A DNA stretch of 64,000 nucleotides from Candidatus Freyarchaeum deiterrae (GCA_037305845.1 CP147778.1:2336001-2400000), one strand, 5' to 3'. Positions 29,633-40,350 are shown, counted from the stretch's first letter. Translations and numbers: made by a program. Notes: generated by a model not told the origin, from the letters alone.

Positions 29633-30787
29633 ATGTCTTCAGATGAGGGCCCTACCGTGGTTTTTGAGCCATGGAGTCGAAAGGCGAGTATAGCAGGGAG
29701 TTCATACATAGTACAAATAGGAAAAGTAGATGACTATTGGTCAATAGCTATTTTCAGAGGAAACGATTTGATATCCGTAAAAAAAGTAGGTACACTTGAC
29801 CCTAATGTGCTTACCAGTATCATAAGCAGCAGCATATCTCTGCCTCTAATATCTCCCTACTCGATAGTAAGAAGTTTAGGGAATATAATAAACGAAGCTA
29901 AGGTAAGAAAATATCCTCTCACATACACCCCAAGTCCAGAGGGCGAACAACCAACAGCCCCCGCCCCTAGTCCCGCTCCAGTTTATACTCCCGCTCCTAG
30001 TCCCGCTTCAGCCCATGAGGCTGCTCCCGCGAAAATATCTGATTTTGAATCAAGGACAGGTTTCAAAAGGATGACTACACCTGAGGTAACGGAGAAAGAG
30101 GATACAGGTGCATTCTATGAATCTACTCCAGAATCCACCGAATCACAAGTTGAAGAAGAAACAAACGAGAAAGAACTAACAGAGGTCGGTAAATCCAAAG
30201 ATGTACTAGGTAGCTTCGCTTCGGGAAATGACAAAGCTTTTAGTTCTATGTTTGAGGAAGAAGAGGGACCAGCCAAACCCATGATTCATAAGGCTGGAAC
30301 TAAATCAATAGAAATACCCGAGTTGCAACCTTTAGAAAAGTGGCAAAGAGGAGTTTCTGGTTTAAGCTTCTTTTTGGACATAGCGATATCTTTTATGAAG
30401 AGTAAGCACTCTAAGGATTTATCTAAACTTTGGCAGTATTATCTAGAAGTAGAATCTAGAAACTGGAAAGCTGCCAAAGGTAGGAAATTTGAAGAAGTCG
30501 TTGGAATACTGGTAAATATAGAGAGAGCTACGGGTTCGGAGATAGAAGTGCAGGAGTTTACTGAAAGCACCTTCAAAGCTAAGGTTTCAAAGTGCCTTGG
30601 CAAAAACTATAAACAAAAGTATGGGTCCGTGCTGCCACTTCCCGATGAATTTCCCTGTGTTCTGTGCAAAATCAGAGGCGAATCAATAAGTCGCAACCTA
30701 GGCTACTCCTTTGACATGATAGAAACACCTCAGGGCTGCCAAATACAAATGAGTGCATCTCCCAAAAAAGAAAAATTAGTCATCTAA
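29633..30787 (+). CDS. Hypothetical protein: N-terminal domain, Pro/Glu-rich linker, C-terminal V4R-like Cys domain
   Basis: KVSKC...PCVLC...GCQI cysteine pattern at the C-terminus; low-complexity middle. Confidence 0.55.
   Translation: MSSDEGPTVVFEPWSRKASIAGSSYIVQIGKVDDYWSIAIFRGNDLISVKKVGTLDPNVLTSIISSSISLPLISPYSIVRSLGNIINEAKVRKYPLTYTPSPEGEQPTAPAPSPAPVYTPAPSPASAHEAAPAKISDFESRTGFKRMTTPEVTEKEDTGAFYESTPESTESQVEEETNEKELTEVGKSKDVLGSFASGNDKAFSSMFEEEEGPAKPMIHKAGTKSIEIPELQPLEKWQRGVSGLSFFLDIAISFMKSKHSKDLSKLWQYYLEVESRNWKAAKGRKFEEVVGILVNIERATGSEIEVQEFTESTFKAKVSKCLGKNYKQKYGSVLPLPDEFPCVLCKIRGESISRNLGYSFDMIETPQGCQIQMSASPKKEKLVI
29960..30011 (+). repeat. Two-copy intragenic repeat (30-nt period) encoding PAPSPA
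   Basis: CCCGCCCCTAGTCCCGCTCCAG and CCCGCTCCTAGTCCCGCTTCAG. Confidence 0.7.
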
Positions 30788-30929
30788 CCTCTTTCCCAAA
30801 CATATGACCCCTATCCAATTGATTCCTTTCCTTCCCTTTATTTTGAAACCATATTTTTGAAAAATAGTAAATCCAGCCATACACTATGTAAAAAATTAAA
30901 AAGGTTTTAAACGGTAGAACTTCAACTCT

Positions 30930-32126
30930 CTAAGACTCTTTTTTTAAAAAGCTCTCCAGCTTATCAAAGGTTTCTTCTAGAACTTTCAAGTCTGGTAAGA
31001 ACACCATTCTAAAGTGATCCTTACCTTGTACTGGGTCGAAGCCTGATCCGTTAACGAATAGTAGTTGAGTTTCTGAGAGAACCTGCAAAACAAAATCGGT
31101 GTCGTCCTTCCATCTCATTGTTTCAATTTTTGGGAATGCGTAGAAAGCTGCTTCTGGCTTAACGCAGCTAAGTCCATTTATTTCATTCAATCTCTTGTAG
31201 GTGAAGTCTCTTCTCTCTTTGAGTTGAGAAACCAGTTCCGGTATATGATTCTGGGGACCGTATATCGCTGATACACACGCTTTCTGTGCTGGAGTGTTAG
31301 TACATATTCTGACACGGGCTTCCTTTAAGATGCTTTCACGGAGTTCGGTTAACTGTTCTTCGGGGTCATAAAAATACATGTAACCAACTCTCCACCCTGT
31401 AGCAAGATAAGTTTTCGAGAATCCGTTAAACCCAATTATTGGGACGTCCTTTGCAATGGAAGCCGTGCTAGTAAACTTCTTATCGTACACCAATCGATCA
31501 TAAGTCTCATCTGAAACCATGGGGATACCATATTCTCCAGAGATAGAAATCAGTTCACTCAAAACCTTCGGCTCATAAACTGATCCACAAGGATTATTGG
31601 GATTAACTAGTATCAAGGCTTTCGTCTTATCAGTGATTTTTCTCCTTAAATCGTCCAAATCAGGCTGCCAACCCTCTTCTTCAACGCACCTGAACGTAAT
31701 CGGATTTGCTCCAAAAAACTTTGTAAAAGAAATAAAGGGCGGATAAGACGGTCCAGGAATAAGAATTTCATCACCCGGATTTGCAATCGCTCCAAGAAAC
31801 ATTTGAATGCCCTCAGAAATCCCCGCAGTGACAATAACATCATCAGCCTCTAAACCCCGAACACCATTAACCTTCTCCTCCTTATAACAAATAGCCTTCC
31901 TTAGTTCAGGAAGCCCCTCAGAAGGAGCATAACGATTAAAACCCGAATTAACAGCGTCAAAAAGAGCCTCCTTCAAATGATCCGGGGTATCAAAGTAAAG
32001 AGCGGGGTCACCTATATTCAAATAGGTAATCTTTTTACCCTCAGCTTCAAGCTTCTCGGCGTAAACTACAAGATCTCTTATAGCGTAATTAACTTCCTTA
32101 ATTCTATCAGCAATTTGAACCCGCAT
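30930..32126 (-). CDS. Class I/II PLP aminotransferase (alanine aminotransferase-like)
   Basis: YAIRD, LNIGDP, NPNNPCG, SDETYD, NGFSKTYLATGWRVG. Confidence 0.92.
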   Translation of the reverse strand: MRVQIADRIKEVNYAIRDLVVYAEKLEAEGKKITYLNIGDPALYFDTPDHLKEALFDAVNSGFNRYAPSEGLPELRKAICYKEEKVNGVRGLEADDVIVTAGISEGIQMFLGAIANPGDEILIPGPSYPPFISFTKFFGANPITFRCVEEEGWQPDLDDLRRKITDKTKALILVNPNNPCGSVYEPKVLSELISISGEYGIPMVSDETYDRLVYDKKFTSTASIAKDVPIIGFNGFSKTYLATGWRVGYMYFYDPEEQLTELRESILKEARVRICTNTPAQKACVSAIYGPQNHIPELVSQLKERRDFTYKRLNEINGLSCVKPEAAFYAFPKIETMRWKDDTDFVLQVLSETQLLFVNGSGFDPVQGKDHFRMVFLPDLKVLEETFDKLESFLKKES

Positions 32127-32271
32127 TAAACCACCAAAAATAAATCATAACAAGACAAGATAAAATGAAAAATCAACTTAAAAAACTTGCCCAAAAAAAT
32201 AAAAAAAGAGGATATTAAAGCTCCTTTACTGAAACATTAGTGTAGAAAATAAACGATATTTGGTAACAATT

Positions 32272-33903
32272 TCATGTTAATCCAAGCTTCTTCTTCTCCT
32301 GCGCTATCAGTTCACGCCTCAGAATCTTACCCGTACCGGTCTTAGGAATACCTTCCACGAACTCGACTTCACGGATCTTCTTGTAAGCAGAAATCCGCTC
32401 GCCAACCCAATCCATAATTTCCTGTTCAGTCACTTTGCCCTTAGCTTCAGGTTTCAAAATTATGAAAGCCTTCGGAATCTGGCCAACATCAATCTCTGAG
32501 GAAGGCTTGCCAATAACCGCAGCGTCGAACACGTTCGGATTTTTGTAAAGAAGATCCTCTAGTTCAGCTGGTGCTATGCTCCAACCTTTATACTTGATCA
32601 TTTCCTTCAAACGGTCTACAAGATGCTCATAACCCTCCTCATCAATGTAAGCTACGTCACCAGTTCTAAGCCACTTCACGCCGGTCTTGGGATCGATCCA
32701 AAAGGCGCCCTCAGTAGCTTCGGGCTTCTTCCAGTAACCCAACATCACCTGGGGTCCAGCAACTATTAACTCACCAACTTGCCCCGGCTCAGGAAGCTCC
32801 TCACCAGTTTCGAGATCGATAACCTTGTGGTAAGTATCTGGAAGTAAAATGCCTTGGGACTCCATCTTGCGGCGATACATAGGATTAACAGCAACAACCG
32901 GCGAAGCCTCAGTTAATCCCCAGCCATGTTGGATGATTAAATTTTGGGCGTTACACTTCTCCTTGGATAACTTATCAAATCTTTCAAGAAGCTCCATGGG
33001 AATTGGTGCGGCACCATTATTGAAAACTTTGAGGTCTGCCCAGTCGTATCCTTTTACGTTTGGATCTTCAAGGTGTCTTACTACCGCGAGGAATATTGGC
33101 GGTACGCATAGGCTGAATGTCACTCTATGCTTTTCTAGGAGTTCGCAGAATTCTTTAACGTCGAATCTTGGTACAACTACTTGTGGTGCGCCAGCCCATA
33201 TTGAAGCATTCATACAGCACGTCATTCCGTATATATGGTATAATGGTAGTACAGTCATAGCGACATCGTCTTCGCTTAAATCGAAGAGTTGAGATGTTTG
33301 AACTACGTTTGATACCAGGTTGAGGTGTGTGAGCATTGTTCCTTTGGGTAGTCCTGTTGTCCCGCTTGTGTATACCAGCGCTGCTAGATCTTTCTTCGCG
33401 TCGTATTTATATTCCGGTGGATTTGGTTTTGTTTTCGTGATTAGTTCTGTCCATCCGATTGTGCCTTTCGGCTTTTCCCCGAATTCCTGCACTATCACGT
33501 TTTTAAGTTTTGTTTTGTTCTGGACTGCTGCTACGGTGGGGTACATGAGTTGAAAAACTACAATTGTTTCTGCCCCGGAGTCGTTTGCCTCATATTCCAC
33601 TTCAGCTTCTTTGAATAATGGGTTCATAGGAACTAATATAGCACCTGCTTTGGAAATTCCGTAGAATGCGATTTCCCACTGAATCAGGTTCGGTCCGTAT
33701 AATGCTACCCTGTCTCCCTTCTTAACTCCTAAGCCTTTTAGCGCGGTGGCAAATATGTCCACTTGCTCCTTAAATTGTTTGAAAGTCATTTTTACAGGAT
33801 GCAGGAATGCTGGCCTGTCTGGAAATTTTTCGGCTGTCCATTCCAAAATTTTGTAAACAGGTACTTCAGGATAGAAGAGGTGGCCTCTTTTGTATTTAAC
33901 CAC
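32272..33903 (-). CDS. Long-chain acyl-CoA ligase (ANL family)
   Basis: YTSGTTGLPKG, GWGLTEASP, LRTGD, DRLKEMIK, PKTGTGKILR. Confidence 0.93.
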   Translation of the reverse strand: MVKYKRGHLFYPEVPVYKILEWTAEKFPDRPAFLHPVKMTFKQFKEQVDIFATALKGLGVKKGDRVALYGPNLIQWEIAFYGISKAGAILVPMNPLFKEAEVEYEANDSGAETIVVFQLMYPTVAAVQNKTKLKNVIVQEFGEKPKGTIGWTELITKTKPNPPEYKYDAKKDLAALVYTSGTTGLPKGTMLTHLNLVSNVVQTSQLFDLSEDDVAMTVLPLYHIYGMTCCMNASIWAGAPQVVVPRFDVKEFCELLEKHRVTFSLCVPPIFLAVVRHLEDPNVKGYDWADLKVFNNGAAPIPMELLERFDKLSKEKCNAQNLIIQHGWGLTEASPVVAVNPMYRRKMESQGILLPDTYHKVIDLETGEELPEPGQVGELIVAGPQVMLGYWKKPEATEGAFWIDPKTGVKWLRTGDVAYIDEEGYEHLVDRLKEMIKYKGWSIAPAELEDLLYKNPNVFDAAVIGKPSSEIDVGQIPKAFIILKPEAKGKVTEQEIMDWVGERISAYKKIREVEFVEGIPKTGTGKILRRELIAQEKKKLGLT

Positions 33904-34005
33904 TATTTACACCTCCCAACTGTATTTTATAACTCAAAAATAAACTATATTTAGCTTTCGCTCAATAGGAAAAATTTAGATGACTTTCTGATGGTTATAC
34001 CTGTT

Positions 34006-35571
34006 TCACTTTATTTTTGATATTAGCGTTTCCAGCTCGGTTTTTGTTCCTGGGACTCCTTTTGATCTGGCTATCGTTTCTATGTACAGTTTTAGTGGGC
34101 TTTGGTATCCGTATTTTTCGGCTAGATTTTTGTTGAATCCACTTCTTTTGGCTAGCTTTTCTAGGAGATTTTGGGATAAGGATCCAAACTGCATGGCAAT
34201 CTTTGGACGATTAACCAGAATTTCGGGTAGTTCAATTTTTTCGGCGATTTTTCTTGAGATGAATTTTCTGATATAGGTTGAGTTGTTTTTTACAATTTTG
34301 TACTGCGGAGGGACAGATAGGGCGTATTTTACAAATTCATAGTCTAGGTACGGTAACTTTAGTTCGATTGAATTGGCCATACCTGTGGCATCGTCTCTTT
34401 GAATGTTTCCTTCAGCCATTTCCTTAACGTCTTTGAATAGAGCTTGGTGTAGAGCGGAGTATCCGCCTGATTCTAGAACTTGTACATACTTTGCGTATCC
34501 TCCGAAGAGTTCATCCGCCCCATTTCCCGAAATCATGAATTTTAGACCATCGCTTTTGGCTTGCTGTGCTGAGAAAAATAGGGGGAGGGTGATGCCTAAT
34601 TTCATTGGATTAGTTTCTTCGCTCATGTAAACAATGTTTGGCAGGTTTTCCTGCAGGTTTTCTAGCGTCATGAAATTAATTTTGAGGGGTAATCCTAATT
34701 TCTCCGCGGCTTGGATTGCATTTCCAATGTCCTTTGAGCCCTCCACGCCGGAACAGTATAAGACGGGTTCGTATCCCGAGTCTTGGATAATTTTGGTTAA
34801 TATAGCGCTGTCTAGGCCCCCAGAAAAAAGTATTCCTAATTGTTTATTTTTTATTCTTTTTTCTAAAGACTCTTTTAGGAGTTTTAGTAGTTTCTGTTCC
34901 GCGGTTTCGAGGCTTAATTTCTCATCGTATTCTTCTTTGAGGTTTTCAATGTAACTGATTTTTGTTCCCGATTCCGCTATTATTGCCCAAGACGAGGGAG
35001 GTAAGGGATGTATATCTAGCATTCCTATGCTCCATAGAGCCTTTCTCTCGCTGGCGAAGGCTATTGTTCCATTTCTCTCGGATACGTATAGCGGTTTAAC
35101 ACCAATGGGGTCTCTGGCTATGAGGAGCAAATTTTTGTAGAATAATGCGAAGGAGTAGACTCCATCCAGAAAGTTTAACGTCTGTTCCATCGCAAGCGAA
35201 ATATCGGAATTTGCGGAAAGAAATTTTTCGAAAAGAAGCTGAATTGACTCCTTATCAACCGAAAAATGTTTATTATCTGTTAGCTCTTCGACGCGGCTCC
35301 GATTATAAATCTCTCCATCACAAACAAGTGATAAATCTAATTCATCATGTTGAAAGGGTTGCTCGGTGTCTCTTGATGTCGCACCAATGCCAATGTTACC
35401 CTCTATGCCGCAATCTAATAATTTCTCGATTCTTTTTTCTCTGCAAATATTATGATTCAGGTCTATTCCTACAAAATTTGAGCCTCTGTGCAAGGTTACT
35501 TGAATCATCTTTATGAGATTTTGAAGGACATTTTCTCCACTTTTACTGTAGACGCCAACAATTGAGCTCAA
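34006..35571 (-). CDS. asnB: Asparagine synthetase-like amidotransferase (N-terminal Cys replaced by Ser)
   Basis: HRG, DGEIYN, ARDPIGVKPLY, FASE, LFSGGLDS, SGNGADELFGGY. Confidence 0.85.
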   Translation of the reverse strand: MSSIVGVYSKSGENVLQNLIKMIQVTLHRGSNFVGIDLNHNICREKRIEKLLDCGIEGNIGIGATSRDTEQPFQHDELDLSLVCDGEIYNRSRVEELTDNKHFSVDKESIQLLFEKFLSANSDISLAMEQTLNFLDGVYSFALFYKNLLLIARDPIGVKPLYVSERNGTIAFASERKALWSIGMLDIHPLPPSSWAIIAESGTKISYIENLKEEYDEKLSLETAEQKLLKLLKESLEKRIKNKQLGILFSGGLDSAILTKIIQDSGYEPVLYCSGVEGSKDIGNAIQAAEKLGLPLKINFMTLENLQENLPNIVYMSEETNPMKLGITLPLFFSAQQAKSDGLKFMISGNGADELFGGYAKYVQVLESGGYSALHQALFKDVKEMAEGNIQRDDATGMANSIELKLPYLDYEFVKYALSVPPQYKIVKNNSTYIRKFISRKIAEKIELPEILVNRPKIAMQFGSLSQNLLEKLAKRSGFNKNLAEKYGYQSPLKLYIETIARSKGVPGTKTELETLISKIK

Positions 35572-35658
35572 TTATGCGACATCCTTATTTTTCCTAAAAC
35601 ACGTGTCTACTACTATTATTATTTTTATCTAAGATTTGCGTTCGAAGGAGTAAAAGAA

Positions 35659-36957
35659 ATGCAGGAAACAAACATTGTTGAACCTTTCGATGTCAATGAG
35701 GATCTTTTTATTCCGAATCACAATCAAAACATCTTCATGACTATGCCCACAGCATTTAGGATGCTGGGTGTTAATGCTGGTGACCGGAAAAGTCTTTTTG
35801 ATAACAAGAATTGTAGATGGATGCTTGAGGAAAACGAGTGTCTGGATGCTGAGAATGTTGTCAATGTGATAGTGGATTCTATAGGCACCCAACAATTTCC
35901 CCAGGCAGATAGGCTCTTTAGAATTTATGAAAAACTAAATGGAACAGTTCTAAGTTCAATTTTTCCCACAATCACCTCCGCCGCTATTCCCTCCATACAT
36001 TCTGGTTTGCCCCCAGAAAGACATGGAATAATGGGACACAAGATTCTCTTCACCCATCTGGGTAGCGTAGTAGACACTCTTAAATTGGCTTCCGTAAGCG
36101 CCCCCGGCTTCGATTTGTTATACAGAAGCGGAATAGATGTTAAACTGTTACTGCTAGAAAGGGGAATTTATAACCTCCTAAAGGAAGAGAATGTGGTCCA
36201 CGCCGAATTGCTACCCTGGGATATAGCGGGTACTGGTCTTTCGCATCTACTTGAAACTGAAAAAGTGAGTATAGGTTATTCTGAAATAATAGATGGTTTT
36301 TCTCTAGCCAAGAGAATATTAGAAAAATATGAAGGCCATAAGACTTTAATCAATATTTACGTGGGTTTAATGGATTCAATGAGTCACGTTTACGGTCCCT
36401 ACAGTGACGAATACAAATACGCTATGCATCACATTGAGGATGTGATTCTTAATTTTACTAAAGGCTTGAATGAAAATATTGCGAAGAAATCTGTTATAAC
36501 TCTAATTAGTGATCATGGTCAGGATGGACTGGAAAAGAAAAAAAAGATGATTGTAAAAGAGACGGAGATTGCAGAAGTTTCAAAGTTTCTCAGATTTCCA
36601 CCAGGAAGATCGGGACGCGTAATGCACTTTTATGTCAAAGAAGATGGGTCGCAGGATGTGGTGGACTGGCTTACTAAAAAAGTCGGGGATAATGGGTTGG
36701 CTTTAACTTTCAACGAAATTCAAAGTAAACTTTTACCTGAAACTAGAGATTTAGACGCCATTCGATCCAGAGTGGGCGATGTAGTACTCATAATGAAAAA
36801 AGGTGCGGAAATGAAGACAGAAAAAGAAGAAGAAGAAAATAGAGCGGAAATAATAGAAAAGACATTTCTAGGTTCTCACGGTTCTATAACATTGAATGAG
36901 GTAACAGTACCGTATATGGCATCAAATATTAATAAGATAAAAAATTTTATAGAATGA
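35659..36957 (+). CDS. Alkaline phosphatase superfamily / nucleotide pyrophosphatase
   Basis: IVDSIG, SIFPTITS, P..HG, DSMSHVYGP, SDHG, GSHGS. Confidence 0.88.
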   Translation: MQETNIVEPFDVNEDLFIPNHNQNIFMTMPTAFRMLGVNAGDRKSLFDNKNCRWMLEENECLDAENVVNVIVDSIGTQQFPQADRLFRIYEKLNGTVLSSIFPTITSAAIPSIHSGLPPERHGIMGHKILFTHLGSVVDTLKLASVSAPGFDLLYRSGIDVKLLLLERGIYNLLKEENVVHAELLPWDIAGTGLSHLLETEKVSIGYSEIIDGFSLAKRILEKYEGHKTLINIYVGLMDSMSHVYGPYSDEYKYAMHHIEDVILNFTKGLNENIAKKSVITLISDHGQDGLEKKKKMIVKETEIAEVSKFLRFPPGRSGRVMHFYVKEDGSQDVVDWLTKKVGDNGLALTFNEIQSKLLPETRDLDAIRSRVGDVVLIMKKGAEMKTEKEEEENRAEIIEKTFLGSHGSITLNEVTVPYMASNINKIKNFIE

Positions 36958-37691
36958 TTAGAAAATTATTCTTTGTGGCGAAAGAAATGGTAAAAGTATC
37001 TATTATTATCCCCACCCTCAATGAGGAGCGTTACCTCCCAGACTGTATTAACTCCATTTCAAATCAGACCTTACCCCGAAACATGTACGAAATAATCGTG
37101 GCGGACAGCCATAGTTCTGACCGAACTCCCGAAATAGCAAAAAAATACGCTGATCATCTATTGAATGTCCCAAGAGAGGGAGCTGGAGCTGCTCGAAACG
37201 AAGGCGCTAAAATCGCTAAAGGCGAAATACTATTGTTTCTAGACGCTGACACCACGATAAGTAAAAATTTCTTAGAAGAACTTGTGAAAAATTGTGATGA
37301 AAAGCCTGTAGTGGGTGGTACTTGCGATATTTATCCCAGCGACGGCACTCCTTTTGGAAATGCCTTTTTCAAGTTAATTAACATTATTTATAAACTAGTT
37401 TACTTTCTCGGTAAGCCTCACGCTCAAACCAAGTGTTGCTTTTATAAAAAAAATGCCTTCAGATTACTTGGAGGTTTTAATAAGAATCTAATTATTACAG
37501 AAGATCAAGAAATGGCATGGAGAGCCGGTAAAATAGGAAAAATTATTTACCTACCAACTACCCAAGCATTTTCCTCAATGAGGAGAGAAAAAACAGTAGG
37601 GTATGTAAAAACAGTTATGGATTGGTCAAAAAATTACTTTAGTGTTCTTCTCTTTAAAAGATCCGCACAAGTTTGGCATCCCATAAGATAA
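36954..37691 (+). CDS. GT2 glycosyltransferase
   Basis: SIIIPTLNEE, EIIVAD, AARNEG, FLDAD, TEDQE, SMRR; start may be the second Met. Confidence 0.9.
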   Translation: MIRKLFFVAKEMVKVSIIIPTLNEERYLPDCINSISNQTLPRNMYEIIVADSHSSDRTPEIAKKYADHLLNVPREGAGAARNEGAKIAKGEILLFLDADTTISKNFLEELVKNCDEKPVVGGTCDIYPSDGTPFGNAFFKLINIIYKLVYFLGKPHAQTKCCFYKKNAFRLLGGFNKNLIITEDQEMAWRAGKIGKIIYLPTTQAFSSMRREKTVGYVKTVMDWSKNYFSVLLFKRSAQVWHPIR

Positions 37692-37790
37692 ATAAATCCA
37701 CAAAATGGTTTAGACTCGTAAAGGAAATATTCGCAAAAGATTCATAATAACAGATAAAATTGGAAATTTTTTGAATCGGAAAACCGAATA

Positions 37791-38417
37791 GTGGTTCGGA
37801 TGAGTCTAATAGATATGCATATACATACTACATTCTCGCCTTGTTCTAAAATTAGTATTTATGATGCCATGGTGACCGCGCTCGACCTAGGTTTGACCGG
37901 AATAGCAATTACGGATCACGACACGATAGAGGGAGCTTTAAAGGCTAGTCGCACCGCGAGCAAATATGGAATAACTGTTTTCATCGGGTGCGAAGTAACA
38001 TCACTCGAAGGCCACATCCTGGCATACGGTATTTCCGAAAGTCTTCCTATAAATCTATATGCCAATGATGCTATCGATAGAATTCACAGTCTTGGCGGAA
38101 TAGCCGTAGCCGCTCATCCCTTCAGAAACATTGAAAACAGTTTAAACAACAAAATATTTGAACTCCCACTAGACGGTATCGAAGTATTTAACCACGTTCC
38201 CAGAAGAAGTGTAAACAAAGAGGCAAGAACTGCGGCTATAGAAATGGGAATCGCTCAAACAAGCGGAAGCGACGCACATGAGTCAAAATACATAGGGCGG
38301 GTTGCCACGCAATTCAAAGATGAAATATACAATGATGATTCTTTAATAGAAGCCATAAGAAAAAAGGCCTGCAAACCTACCGTACCCAGAAAAAGCCCCC
38401 GACATAAATCAAGGTAA
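37791..38417 (+). CDS. PHP-domain phosphoesterase
   Basis: DMHIHT, AITDHD, GCEV, GH, AHPF, GSDAH. Confidence 0.92.
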   Translation: MVRMSLIDMHIHTTFSPCSKISIYDAMVTALDLGLTGIAITDHDTIEGALKASRTASKYGITVFIGCEVTSLEGHILAYGISESLPINLYANDAIDRIHSLGGIAVAAHPFRNIENSLNNKIFELPLDGIEVFNHVPRRSVNKEARTAAIEMGIAQTSGSDAHESKYIGRVATQFKDEIYNDDSLIEAIRKKACKPTVPRKSPRHKSR

Positions 38418-38448
38418 AAATTTCATGCCTTTACTGATGAAAGAAAAT

Positions 38449-38481
38449 AAAAAGTATGCTGCGTTGCCATTAACCAGCATA
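38449..38481 (-). terminator. Hairpin plus T-tract downstream of the gelsolin-like gene
   Basis: TATGCTG...CAGCATA 7-bp stem followed on the minus strand by a T run, between convergent genes. Confidence 0.4.
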
Positions 38482-38542
38482 TCGTAGCAAGGGGTGAAGC
38501 AAAACCCTTATTGGAAATTGAGACAGCACGGTTACAAGCTTA

Positions 38543-39424
38543 CTACTTTTCCTTTTTGGAACGACCAGTTGACTGTTTTGCTTTACTCGGCTTAAACGTG
38601 CCTACTAAATCGCGAAGATGGGACACCATTTCTTCTTTCAGGGGCTCAACGGAAACATCTTTGTCTGTGCTTTCCTTCAAAAATTCAATCGCCTGAACTA
38701 CACCGTTTTCCACAAGTATTCTCGGAATAAAATCTTCTGCCAGAAAAATCCCCTCAGGAGGATTAACACGTTCCAATCTTTTCTCAAAACTCTCCTTACC
38801 GAAAACACTTGTCTTGCTTTCCTTAATTGCGTATAACGCATGACCCGAAATAACGAGTTCTCTAGCCAGTCCTTTCGGAACTTCGATCTTCTCAAGCTTG
38901 GCCATAATCTCATTTTCATTTACTCTCGGCTGCTCAACTTGAGCTGTGGTAACTCTAGGGCTGGGCTGTGTCTTGATAGTCACTTTTGGCTCTGGTGCCG
39001 GCGCTTCCGCTGTGACTAGTTTTTGCGCTGTTGGTTTTGGTTTTGGTGTTGGCTTTGGAGTTGGTTCTGGTTCCGTTACGGGTTCTGTTACTGTTTCAGG
39101 GGCCGGAGCTGGGGCTGCTTTTGGTTTTTTGCTAGGTTTCATTCCAATTAGGGCAAGGAAGTCCGCTTCTTCGTCAGTTTCATCCATAGCTACTACTTTG
39201 TAAGCGAATCCGTATTCTGTTCTGAGACCTGATGCTTGACGCGCTCCAATGAATTTTTTGCTAACAGGGCTGTTTTTTCCCTTCCAGAGGTAGATTTTTT
39301 TGTTATTCTCAGCAATAACAATAAGTACTTTCTCACTCGATAGAACATTCTTGTCGAGTCGGTCTATATTATCCAGTTCTCCGTCTGCTCTAACATCATA
39401 GACCACAAGGCTCATCATAATCAC
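38543..39424 (-). CDS. Gelsolin-domain protein with Pro-rich linker and extra C-terminal domain (1DGelX-like)
   Basis: LSSEKVLIV...KIYLWKGKNSPVSKKFIGARQA...DETDEEADF gelsolin signature; PAPAPE/PTPKP linker. Confidence 0.8.
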   Translation of the reverse strand: MIMMSLVVYDVRADGELDNIDRLDKNVLSSEKVLIVIAENNKKIYLWKGKNSPVSKKFIGARQASGLRTEYGFAYKVVAMDETDEEADFLALIGMKPSKKPKAAPAPAPETVTEPVTEPEPTPKPTPKPKPTAQKLVTAEAPAPEPKVTIKTQPSPRVTTAQVEQPRVNENEIMAKLEKIEVPKGLARELVISGHALYAIKESKTSVFGKESFEKRLERVNPPEGIFLAEDFIPRILVENGVVQAIEFLKESTDKDVSVEPLKEEMVSHLRDLVGTFKPSKAKQSTGRSKKEK

Positions 39425-39816
39425 TTTCTCGCACTTTTCTCATTCATTTATTGTATTTTATGAGTTTAAAACATTTCCATTACTATTCTAATTGCTTTTA
39501 CTGTTTTTTTATCTTTCGGGTTTTTTAAAATATATTTCCAGATTCATACTGCATTTACAACTTTTGGGCTTATCTTTTTCATTGATTATCAAATCTTGTA
39601 AAACCCACATGATTTATTCGAAGTTTCTGAAACCACTCTTCTCGGGCAACAATTCGGCGTATTAAGATATTTTCTCATTATAAATTTATTTGATTGATGA
39701 AAGTCCATGGAAACGGATACGTTTAATTTGTTTACCTGCATATTATATATTTGTTTTAACATTTTTAAAATGATTTGTAAAGTCTATTTTCTCTGCACAA
39801 ATCAAGGCGATTAGCG

Positions 39817-40350
39817 ATGCCCAAAACGGTGCCCAAAACAAGCGGTGAGAGTTTGAGTAGTTTGATTGAACATTTCAATTCAATTGGGAGCACAATCAAT
39901 GATTTGACCAAAACCTTTGGTAAGATACTAAGCGAAACTGATAATCGTCTAAAAGAAGCAGAAGCAAAAAATTCGGAACTTGAGGCATTCCTAAAAAAAG
40001 GTGATTCCTCTTTAAAAAATGATTTGGAAAAATTGAATGGGGCTCACGAGAATTTAAAGAACGAATTCGTGCAGAGAGAGGCGGAGATTCAGAGATCAAT
40101 TAAAAGCCTTACAGAGAACCAGAAGCGCATTCTATCCGCTCAGGGATCTCTTGAAATTTCTATTCAAAAACTAGAACAGAAATTTGACCAGCTAAATACA
40201 CAGATGGAAAAACGCTTACTGGAAATCTCCGAGAACATATCAAATGTAATATCTCCAGTGGAGAACTGGAACAAGGAAATGAACGCCATAAAAGCGGAGG
40301 TAGGTAGACTATCTCGTGAAATAGAAAAAAGACTTTTGGGTGAGAAGTAA
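39817..40350 (+). CDS. Coiled-coil protein
   Basis: Continuous heptad pattern over about 160 aa; stop abuts the next start (TAAATG). Confidence 0.75.
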   Translation: MPKTVPKTSGESLSSLIEHFNSIGSTINDLTKTFGKILSETDNRLKEAEAKNSELEAFLKKGDSSLKNDLEKLNGAHENLKNEFVQREAEIQRSIKSLTENQKRILSAQGSLEISIQKLEQKFDQLNTQMEKRLLEISENISNVISPVENWNKEMNAIKAEVGRLSREIEKRLLGEK

